This document shows positions 37,790 through 48,399 of a stretch of DNA of 64,000 nt, piece after piece; position 1 is the stretch's first letter, and each line of letters opens with the position of its first letter. The DNA is taken from NCBI GenBank assembly GCA_965235115.1, contig OZ249436.1, positions 33,916,001 to 33,980,000 on the forward strand. The letters run 5' to 3'. The notes beneath the pieces were generated by a model, which worked only from the letters and a program-made list of their open reading frames with translations, was not told the DNA's origin and searched no databases. The DNA is from Laetmonice hystrix. Lineage: Eukaryota. A program made the translations under genes and the position numbers.

Positions 37790-38045
37790 AGAGAAGAAGG
37801 GAGGCTGAGAGCCATTGTGGTTACAGCACGGCAGAGTTCCCATGGCTGAGCACAGTAGCCTGTTTCTCCACCCCTCCAGGTTCTGCAAGCCTGGAACACC
37901 TGTCTGCCATGACGCTGTACTGGCCCGGGTAATTTACGGTCCGGAGGTTGAAGTTGAACTGAGGCGATAGCCAGTAGACCCGCTGGAGTGATTCACTGAC
38001 GTCTACATCTGGTGCTCGGCCTCTGTTAATCATGCCCACCGCTGT
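37790..38045 (-). pseudogene. DIRS/Ngaro RNase H C-terminal fragment
   Basis: AVGMINRGRA...LQRVYWLSPQFNFNLRTVNYPGQYSVMADRCSRL, the ADxxSR end of a DIRS RT-RH. Probably the continuation of the fragment at 42409-42820. Confidence 0.7.
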
Positions 38046-38149
38046 CGAGGGACACGCTGGGCGTTTCCCTGGTCCTGGTACGTAATATGAGACGAATGGT
38101 CGTCAGGTTGAAATCTGGCCTTGGCCCCAATTAAGTGGTTCGGCTGGTC

Positions 38150-38795
38150 AGTGAAGTGACGGGTGCCGCGTCTGGCGGTGTTCCTTCTGTAACCATCGGC
38201 ACGCGTCAGTGGAGTGGCCGCGGGACTTGTGATAAGGGCAGTATGGGCTGCCGTCCTCCGGGGGGGGGGGGGGGGGGGGGGTGTCTTGTTGGGTCGCGCT
38301 GCTTCCCTTCTCCTCCACTCTCCTTACCCTATAGCCTCGTCTGTCCCATTGCTGTTGGCCCTGGTGTTAATTTCCTGAGCCTCGCGCCTGGGATCTCTCG
38401 ATTCTGGCGAGTGCCGCTAAAATGTTATCATAACGGCCTAGTGGTGCTGACTCCGTTGCGGCACATGATTTCGTCTGCGGGCCTACCGTTTCCAGGCGGG
38501 AAGCCATCTCGACTGCCTCGGCGAATGTTGATGGGTTTTGTACTGCCAATAGGTTACTGAGAGACGGTTCCAAACCTCCGATAAAGACCGATGTAAGAAT
38601 TTAATCAGTGATGTCGTAGTTGCGCTGTTTGTGTCGGAGCGTTCCCGCGAAATCGAGAGCTGTCTGACCTTTTTGTTGCTTTAAGCCGAAAAGATCCCTG
38701 CGCTTTTGCCAAGTGGGCCGTTTGTCTCTAAAAATGTCAATCATATGGGACTTAAAAACCGAATAAGATGCCGTTGCCGCGGCGCACCAGTACAA
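38150..38795 (-). pseudogene. Ty3/gypsy gag C-terminal half (capsid plus CxxH-x4-H-x4-C knuckle)
   Basis: SYSVFKSHMIDIF...LKQQKGQTALDFAGTLR...LAVQNPSTFAEAVEMASRLE and YCPYHKSRGHSTDAC. Aligns by eye with the gag at 48450-49090. Contains in-frame stops. Confidence 0.85.
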
Positions 38796-39258
38796 AGAGG
38801 AAACAACACTTACTATTGCAGATTACCGTGGGCCCAGTGGGCCTGCTGCCCGGGGCTGAGGGTCAGGAACCCTTCCAGGTCCTCCAGGCCGCCCAGCCCT
38901 GGCGATGGGGAGGGTGCCCGCCACCATTGGCGGTGATCCCACCTCCTCTCCCCCCGCGGAGGGCACAGTCGCCCGGGGTCGAACGGTTGCCCGGCGTCTT
39001 CCCCTCGCTCCCCCGGAGCGCGCTGCCCGGCTGGACGCCGCCTCCCGCAGGTCCGTGATATACGCCCAGGCCTGGGGCTGGTAAGGTATCACGACCGCCG
39101 GCACGTCCCCCTACCAGGGGAACGGGACGCTTAGCATTATGTTAAAGCAGTCCCCTGCGTTGCTTTCACGGTAAGAGATCACAATCTCCTTCTTCGTGCT
39201 GTTAAAACATATTAAGGGTGTTGCCCCGGCCATAGTTGATGTGTGACTGACCAACGAG

Positions 39259-41357
39259 ATGGGGATCATACAAGTTACAGTCTTAGTTGTTTGGACACTG
39301 GTCCTAACGCCCCAGAACACTATTCAGGTTAATTTCTTAGACGGACTCAATTATGGGGTTGTGCTCCAGCCTTCAAAGTTGATCTCGACTGCTAAAGATG
39401 CTTGGATATACCAGATTTTTCATGTTGACATACCCACTGTCCATTTAGCACCTCTGACCAGCCTGCTGGATGTTTATCCAACAGCTGCACGTGCTCCGGT
39501 GCGAGCTTCACACCCGGCGACTAATGACCGTCATTTGCAGTACGACATGCTCATCATGTACTTTAACACGGTTCGACGGGGTTTGAACGAAACCTTACGC
39601 CAGGTCCGCGGTAATCTGGAAGCGGCCCTAAGCCTGCTTCCCAAAGACGAATGGTCAGCCAGACGTCACCCGCGAGCACCGTTTGAGATTGTATCAACAA
39701 TCAGCTACTATTTATTTGGCACAGGCCGCAATAATGATATCCTCAAGAACGCGAGGGCGATCGCCACCCTATCGCGCCAGCTTCACAGCTTCAGCGCGAA
39801 GCAGGATGCTAAACACGTAAATACTGTACATATGGTGAATGTCACTAACGATAGGATTGATCGTGTGGTAGAAGCTCTCTTAAATAATCACTATCGTATC
39901 AGTAACGTGACGCGTTATGTTAATCTAATGGCTCATGCTGTGAGAGACATGCAACGCAATGAAATGATTTCACGCCATTTACAGATGTTATTCTACACAT
40001 TATCAGGCAGAGTTCAGGCAATGACGCTGTCTGCTGTCTCTATGTTAACAGAATCGGTTAAATTCCTCAACGGAATTCGAGACCTAACCAGGGGCGAACT
40101 TTCATCAAACTTGGTACCGCACCACGCGCTCGAACAAGCACTAACTAACATTTCAGTTTTCCTTCTGGAGAATTATCCGTGCCATAATCTAGCGTTCACA
40201 TCAACAGCTTATTACTACGATAATGCGAACCCCGTATTTTCGAGACAGTTTGAAACCACTATTCGATATCCTATTAACTCTATCCTTTTGAATGCTATTG
40301 GCATACCGCTAGTTGGTTATCGCGACGATCACATGTTACCTGAACCGTGGGTGATACCAGACCCAATCCCCCCTGACGACTCATTTAATGCGGAAAAATT
40401 AAAAAGTGAAAAGTCAAATCTTAGAGTCTCTCTTCAAAAGCTTCAAGAGGCATGACAACAGCACGCCGTTTCATGATGACCTAGGCGTTATGGAGGCGAA
40501 TCAAGCGAACATTGCCATCAGATCATGGATACCAATTGGAATCATGCCAGCTTTTGCCATCGCCGTCATCGTGGTAATTATTTTACTACGACGACACAAG
40601 GCTTCACTACTTGCATTGGCAGCTCTGGGTACGCCGCAACGCAAGGTGGCCGAGGTTGTACTGGGCCACTCTACCCAACCACAGGCGGGACCGACCATCA
40701 TGCTTGATCTACACGCACCTCTCTACGCTACGCTCGCTTTGGTCATCTTGCTGACGGTATTGTGTGTGTTTTCGCTTGCCTATTATGTGTCCAGAGACAA
40801 ACCCGCTGCAGGCCTAGCACTACAAGTCTACACGGGCTCCGAACTTTTAACTATTCGATTGGGAATGATGAACTTTGCTGCAGAGACATTGACGTTATCT
40901 CTTTTGCCTCTGTTAACTCATTATGCTGTTAAACTACACCGCCTGTCAGCTACCATAACTTTGATGTGGGCATCTGCGCTCATCGTTCAACACCAATATG
41001 AATGTCCAGACGGAGGGCTGCACCGTTCTCTCGTTACCACGGACAGTTTCACTCCCAAGGCGCCATGCACTGGCGCTGGCTTCAGTCCACCCTACCACGG
41101 TGCTCGTTCGACTTCTCCGTTACGATCAGGGCCTTGCCACGATCATTAACACGGATACACCAGGGCACGTGGGGACATGGTATCATGTTCCGGTGGGGTT
41201 AAACCAGGAGCACTCTGTTCCCCTCTACCCCCGCTTGGCCGCCCAAGACGGCTACCACCCGCTCGACACGGCGGGGCCTTCAAAAGGTATATGCCCCTGC
41301 CACGGCACCGCAAGCGGCCCAGGCTTAGTGACATACACTTTTTTCATGAACATTTAA
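39259..41357 (+). pseudogene. env: Envelope (class I fusion, F-protein/errantivirus-Env-like) gene of a Ty3/gypsy element; internally deleted and frameshifted
   Basis: Signal peptide, LNYGVV motif, furin-type site RRHPR (39661-39675) followed by a hydrophobic fusion peptide APFEIVSTISYYLFGTG, long heptad helices with NxT/S sequons, GELSSNLV..HAL, YYY, then TM segments in ORF 40406-41149. Followed by a PPT and an LTR. Confidence 0.8.
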
Positions 41358-41732
41358 TCTTCGCTATTTAGAGACATTCGCTATGTTGGCAGTCTCAGCT
41401 TTATATGCATACTGTTTCGAAGTTTCGGTGAAGGCAGAAGGACATTAATTTGTGCACGCCTTCTTGTGAACATTTGCAACGCATCGTGGGAGATTTTACT
41501 CCACACACGAACATTTTACTCAGACTATGGCATGAAGTTACGAGTATATTTATTTCTGTTGATTAGTAATGAAGGTTCTCATATATTTAATATGTAATCT
41601 ATTTTGTCATGTATCTACGGTTTTACACAATCCGGATAGGTAGAAATATGTAAGTTTTTAATCGCCCCCTGGTATAATTTTAATATTACAAATAATTTCC
41701 TTCGTAAATTATTTGAAGGGGGACCGCGAGGG

Positions 41733-42408
41733 TGTGTTGGAGTACACCATTATTAACTTTTAACAAATACGGTTTTATACATCAGTTTTAGCTAGTCGCA
41801 CAATTTCCTATGTTAGAGTATCCAAACCAACAGCAAGCCTTAGCCAGACGTGCAGCAGGTCCAACTACCAAGTCATAAATCATTCGCCTACAGGAGGAAG
41901 GTTCAGCAGGTACAGCAGAAAAGCAATAACTCATCCACCTTACCAGCCCAAACCCCTCCATAGGTTCAGGTAGTGCAAGATTAGTCACGGACAAAGAAAA
42001 TCCCCCGAAAAGCTGGTAGATATAGACGCGCAACCTTGCAGTAGTCGTATGTGGTTTTACCTTGGGAGACGAGCAGACGTGGAGTTCTCTCGCTCAGCAC
42101 TTAGCTTTCTCATCAGCCCGCACTTGGGAGGTTTTCAGCATTCACCCTTTGCAATAGGAGATCAGTACGGGAACAAGACTTTGCAGATTCTCCGGAATTA
42201 TTGAGAAACGTTTCTGATTCGGACTTTCAGACATCACAGCTACTAGGGAAATTCAGAATGGGAGAAAGGGAGTCTAAACTTGTATCGTACGTAAATATCC
42301 ACTTGTGCTTTACTTCAACTACAGAGGAGACACTTGTACTTTACATCTACCACAAGGAGATATCTGTACTCTACACACGGACGGACTAGCCAAAGCTCTA
42401 CCCCAACA
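41733..42408 (+). mobile_element. 3' LTR of the env-bearing element
   Basis: Starts TGTGTTGG directly after the purine tract GAAGGGGGACCGCGAGGG (41715-41732) and ends CCCCAACA where DIRS RT sequence resumes. No partner 5' LTR was found. Confidence 0.65.
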
Positions 42409-42820
42409 TCGAATACCCATTTAAGCCAACAAAACCCCAAACAAAGGCCGATACACCACCATAAAAGGTCGTGCCAGAGTGGTTGCGTCATCCTGGTCTT
42501 GTGCCAGGGCCCCCATACAAGGGCCCCCATACAGACGAAGAATTTTCCTTCTTTAAAGACTTGGCCGGCCCAGTTGAGCCGGCCAGCCACCCGTTGAAGT
42601 GTCTTTTTACTGGCCGACTTGGCCGCCAGTAGGGCTTGTAAGTCCTCGGCCAGCCCTTTGATTTTGTCGGTGGGGAGTCCAAGTGTCATGGTCTGGCTGT
42701 TGATGTTAATCCCCAGGAAGGTGATTGCTCTCGCTGGGCTGATAACCTTGTTATAATTAATGCTGAAACCCAGCTTTTTGCACAGTGCATTTAGGGTTGT
42801 GATGCAGTCTTCCTTGGTGT
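42409..42820 (-). pseudogene. DIRS/Ngaro reverse transcriptase C-terminal fragment
   Basis: LGFSINYNKVISPARAITFLGININSQTMTLGLPTDKI...KKTLQRVAGRLNWAGQV...DLLWW. Confidence 0.8.
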
Positions 42821-43189
42821 GCTTACGAGAGTCTTTCTGAATTATCTAGCCTTCAATGGACATGATGGAATACATTTTTTTCAAAAAGGTATTTTATAAG
42901 TGATTGCCCAGTGACTAGTTATCACTCATAGGATGTCTTAAAAAGGTCAAATTAATTTTTTTATTCACCACTTTATATGGGAGGGTACTTCCCACCAAAA
43001 GAGATGTAAACTGACATCTGCCCTCCACACTGCCATGCTCCCGATACACGGGCATGCCACCGACTGTGGGGGAGTAGGGCTCCGGTTATTGGCACACAAA
43101 TAGAGAAACTTAACAATATAATATAAAGTGAAACATGGGGGGACTGAAATATCTGCACACAAGACCCGGGGTCACCACAATACCTTCTG

Positions 43190-43790
43190 CTTGCTTCTGA
43201 ACTTATGCAGACCAGTCTATGTGGGCAACGCTAATTTTGCTAACCTGATGTCACTCTGGGTGCTACCAGTGCTGAACCCCGCATGTGTTGGGCTGTTGAT
43301 TAATCACACACTGGAGCATTGGCAGGGAACGGATGCCAAACTTGTCACAGGTATAAAGTTCTGAGCAGCACACACTGGAGACATAGGCAGGGCTACCTGA
43401 AGTGAGTGAGGTGCCACCGCCCAATGCAACACTAGCTGTAGGTGTAGAAACGGCTGTACTGACCTGTCCTTGGTTTGTAGTCATTCGATGTTGCTGGAGC
43501 GATTTGCATCTTCCACAGGATTTTGCAGGGTGTTCCCTTGTTTCTCAGTTCATTTTAAAGCTGTTGTTCCTTTTCATACTGATCCCTTTTCGCTTTGGCG
43601 TATTCTTCCTTAAAAACGTCGTAGGTCTCAGTTACACTGTCTTTATAAGTCTCCAGATCCTCACCATTGACTTTTCGATGAGACTCCAGACCGGGCTGTG
43701 ACACTACCGCCTCGTACTCCTCATTAATTACACAAAAGTCACTAAATGCCCGCTCAAGTTCCAGCATGAGATCCTTCAATATATCTCCCT
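43190..43790 (-). pseudogene. BEL/Pao-like gag fragment
   Basis: Helical DLMLELERAFSDFCVINEEYE...VNGEDLETYKDSV segment, a Ser/Thr linker, then IKLAKLALPT*TG, the start of the Pao gag capsid domain. Confidence 0.55.
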
Positions 43791-45029
43791 TTTGTAACAG
43801 AGTCGGCTTTCCCTAATGGAGTGGAATTGCCATCGTCAAAAATAAGAACTTGACTCAGGTTGCTGTTGTTCACAAACTCCTCAATGTAGGATATCCGAGG
43901 ATTCTGTATTTGCTCTCCCGGAGTACACAAAACTATCCTACACAGCTCAGTGACGGCACGTATGCTGGTTGTATCTGGTCACTGGTAGTATGTAGGGTCT
44001 CAGCCTGCTTGTCACTATTGTTGACTGTATGTCCAATCTTAATTCACAGTCTGTGCTGTAATAGTACTTCTCGTACGTGAGTTCAGTTAGCAGGCTGAGA
44101 GCAGACTCTGGTGAGGTCCCAAAGTGTCGGGTTTATAAAGGAAAGGACCCTAATTATATGTGGGTCTCATTAGCATGCATTAAAAGTCATTAGAACCGAC
44201 ACTGGTTTTGGGCCATAAAAGTGCCACTATAGTGTCACTTAGCTGTCAGGCTGGGGAAGGTGTAATCTACAAACCAGCTGTTGTCTACACCAGGGTTTTG
44301 GGGTGTTTACATTTGTGGTTAGATACTACATATCCTAGCATGGTTGCCAGACCCTCTCTCCACCCCTCTCATTAATCATGGTAATTTGTGTTCCAGGGTC
44401 TGGCCATTAATCTTAAGGTCGGGTCACTGGGTGCTCTTTTGCGTGCAGCACATACTCAAGTACTAGACCCGACCTTTACCACTGCTTTGTATATTGTGTT
44501 GGGGCTTTAGTCGAGCACTCGTGGTAAACGTTCAACCACATCCACATATTGCAGTCTGACTCCAGGCTTGTTGTACAACTCTAGGTTTATTCCAGTTAGC
44601 GATGTGCACTGTCAGCTTTGCCTCATAACTACTCCATCTCCAGTGCTGGTACTGACTGGGCTCTACTGAGTCCAACCGGATACTCCCCTGACTGCCTATT
44701 TTCCCCTCCCTTTTATTGGGAGGCCGATTTGTTCTCACCTGTCCCTCTCCCAGCTCAACCCCGCCGTATTCACCTCCATAGGTGACCACCAGGAGGCGCG
44801 AGTCCATGAGGTCCCCCTGAGGACACGGGACTGGCAGCCTTCATTGGTCACCGCCAGGAGGGGCAAGTGCAGCGGGTCGGCTGAGGACACGTGGGGCTCT
44901 GGACCTCCTCTAGTCCACCCGATCGCTTCCGCCAGTCGCCACCAGGAGGGGCGAGCGTTCTAGCCCCAACACACCCGCGGGGTCCCCCTTAAATAATTTA
45001 CAGGGGAAATTATTTCAAACCCCCGGGTT

Positions 45030-45808
45030 TAACTAATGTATGGTAATGACCCACTACCGATGACCCTCCCAGTATTGGGCGAGGAGCTCATTGCAAGCCC
45101 TGATGACAGGAGCTATTTCGCAGATGTCTCTAACAGATTAAATATTTTGCGGAAAATGGCAACAAAGTATACTGACGAGTATGAGACGGCAATGAGAGAC
45201 GCATTGGATGCAAAAGCAAGACCAACAGACATTGATGTGGGAGACTATGTATATTTATTTGACCCTACCTGCGCCATAAATAGGGTCTCAAAGTTCAGCC
45301 CCAGATATAGGGGACCATTCCGAGTGGTCCAGAGGTGAGATGATCATATGGTTAAGCTACAATCTCTATCTTCAGGGAAGCCCCTGGACCACTACTACAA
45401 TGTCTCTAAAGTGAAAAGGGCAGACGTGCCCTGGTCCCCCATGCTGTCTGGACGTGATGGAGCCACGGCCGGGCCAGGAATACGGCAGGGGGACCCCCTA
45501 CTCCCACAACTCCAGCGCCGACGACGTCGACGGCATCGGGTCAGCAGGCGGTTTCAGTGCCCAAACCTCCGGCTCTTGCGCCCGACCAGCAGCCGGGCCT
45601 GGAGACGAAGGGTCAGCGGAATTCAAATTCCCGTGCCTGCAACAAAGAGGCATCAGAGTTTTGGACGATTGATAGGATTATCAGGAAAAGGAAACTCAAA
45701 TCAGGAGAATGGACATACTTCATTCAATGGACCGATGGAAACAAGCGGTCCTGGGTCAAGCGGCGAGATTTCCATCCAGACTTTGACCCTGATGAACTCA
45801 TATCTTAA
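45030..45808 (+). pseudogene. Integrase C-terminal GPY/F domain plus chromodomain
   Basis: LMYGNDP...DVGDYVYL...SKFSPRYRGPFRVV...YNVSKVKR, then FWTIDRIIRKRKLKSGEWTYFIQWTDGNKRSWV. One stop and a frameshift. Confidence 0.85.
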
Positions 45809-46064
45809 ATTTAGTGTTGACCGCCCATAGCATTATTCTGTCCCGTCGCCATGATTGTTCTTGATGGGTGTTGACGATTATCGATATACTGGTGTCCATA
45901 ATGTTGGAATTATTCATGAGATGGGATGGTGCTTACCTTGTAGAGCTGCTTGACGCCGCCAGCAGCCACCTAAGGTGGGATACTCCAGCCTCGGCTGCTT
46001 CGGGCCCACTGGGGAAAGATTCCTCCACCTCCACGTCTGGCGACTCAGCCGGGCTCACGACCTT

Positions 46065-48380
46065 CTTGTCCTGTGGAACTATGTCGTTTTGAATATAATT
46101 GATAAGGAGTCGACATTCCTCATCTTTCCTCTATTCTTTCACGCACGTGTCAATGGACAGATCCACTGTATCCGCCTCTTCCGATAAGCTGGGTCGATCC
46201 TTTGTCACTACTGCACACTCTTTATATTCAGGTAGGATTCGCTCAATCCCGGGGGCTCACACTCCTCATCCGCGGTGGCGAAGTTTGTACTCTTGATAAA
46301 TAATCCGCCAGGAAATGCGTTTTTCCTGGTTCATACATGATGTCGACATCAAATCCTGTCAAAAACAAAGCCCAGCGTTTCAGCCTATTAGACGGAGCTT
46401 TGTGAGCCTGTTGAAGGAGTGCTATAAGAGGTTTGTGGTCTGTGACGACCACCACTCGTGCGCCATTCAAAATGTCCTCAAAGTGGCGCAAAGCTCGAAT
46501 TACTGATAGCGCTTCCTTCTCTGAAACCGTGTAGTTCTCCTCTGCCTTTGTCACTGTACATCCCCAGAATTAAATTGGCCTATAACACTCGACAATCTTG
46601 TGACAGAGGGCCGCACCGCAGGATTTTTCGGCACTGTCTGAAAAATCGGGGTGTATCAATAACGGTGGTGATACAAGCGCTGCTTTGATCCTCTGGAAGG
46701 CTTGCTCCTCTTGATCGGTCCAATGAAACTTGACATCTTTGTATAAAAGGTTATATAACGGTTGTGCCAACTCTGCGAAGTGAGGTATGAAGGCTCTGTA
46801 ATATGAGCAGAGGCCCAGAAATGCTCGAACCATCTTGATGCCGCGTGGCCTGTGAAAATTGTCCACTTTGTCAAGTATGCGCTGCTGTGTGTGTATTCCA
46901 TCTTTTGAAATGACATATTCCAAGAATTCAATCTTCGGCTTACACCATTCACATTTTTCCGGCTTAAGCTTCAAGCCTGCCCGAGTTATGGCTTGCAGAA
47001 TTTTCTCAACACTCGACATATGTGCGGGCACGTCTGAGTCGAATGCGATCACATCGTCCATGTACGATGCACAGACAGACGGAATTAGGCCTCTCAGGGC
47101 CAGAGCCATGACTTTGGAGAACGCCCATGGGGCTCCCACGAGACCCATGGGTATTTTGCGGTATTAGACGACTCCCTGTATGGGTACCTCAAATGCAGTG
47201 TATTTCCTGGCTGATTCCTCAATGTCGCACTGATAAAATCCAGACAATAAATCTAATTTACTATATAGGCATGGCTTCTTTGAAGCGATGATCAGGAAGA
47301 GTGATCGAGCTATAGGCATAGGAAACTTATTTTTCTTTGTAATGGTGTTTAACTTGCGAAAATCTGTGCACATCCGCATCTGACCGTCATGTTTTCGCAC
47401 CACAACAAGAGGACTATGCCATACTGAATCCGATTCTTCTAAAATACTGGCGTCCAATAACTGTGACACATGGCTGTTGATCTGTGTAATCTGGCGAGGG
47501 TTATACCTATACGGAGCTGAGGTAATGGGGCGTGACCCTGGCTCCAAATCAATGTGTCCAAATCAAATCAGCGAACACGTGCCGATTTCTTGAAGGCTGG
47601 TGGCAAACGCCGCTCTATTACACTCCAACATCTCCCGAAACGCTGCTTTTTCCTCCTCTGATATTTCCGATTGCGACAAATCAACATCAATTGGCTCACC
47701 TAGCGCGCCCGTCTTCATTGCCAATAGATTTTTTTCACAGCGAGCATCACCCATGCATTCCGACAGTGGCACCACATCAACGTCCAAGAATGCCAGTACC
47801 TGCGTGGGCGTGATAGAGGAACCCGAATTAATCACTCACACAAACATTCTATCAGCAACAATGGAGTTTTTTTCCTGTAATGATTGAAGAGTCAGCTGGT
47901 GATGGCAGCACTAGGACATCAGTTCCATACGGCAAATGTTCAGATATATCGCATTCCAGCACCACTTCGGTGAAAGGTGGCAGGTGCACTGTATCCATGG
48001 TATGCACCGAGATGGAATCCCATAAACGAATTTGACCCATATCATAATCGATAGTTGCCCGGAGTGCCATTAACAAGTCTCTGCCAATTATAATGTCATA
48101 AGTTAGAGACTGTAGGCAAGTAAATTCGTGCTGCATGCACGACCCTCCAATATTAAATTGTAAGCACACGACTCTATCAACTGGAGTCCGAGAGTTATCA
48201 GCGAGAGCAACCGTCTCGTTAGGGGTATAAGAGTCAAGTATCACTTCCGGAGGTAAAGATGCGAGAGTTCCAGCTGATATATAAGTGTGACTAGCACAGG
48301 TATCAAGCGCAGCCCCTACATTTTTTTCGGCAAAACACAATTGAAGAAATGGTGGCGTATGAACACTTTTGTTAAATGAA
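46065..48380 (-). pseudogene. pol: Ty3/gypsy pol: aspartic protease, RT, RNase H and linker
   Basis: AALDTCAS...IIIGRDLL (PR); PYRY, WHSPLVVVRKHDGQMRMCTDFRKLN, KLDLLSGFYQ, MGLVGAP, YMDD (RT); NYTVSEKEALSV, TDHKPL, ADYLSR (RH); linker RKDEECRLLINYIQNDIVPQDKK, which ends abruptly near 46065. Several frameshifts and stops. Confidence 0.95.
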
Positions 48381-48399
48381 GACTTGATTGACTGGCCAT

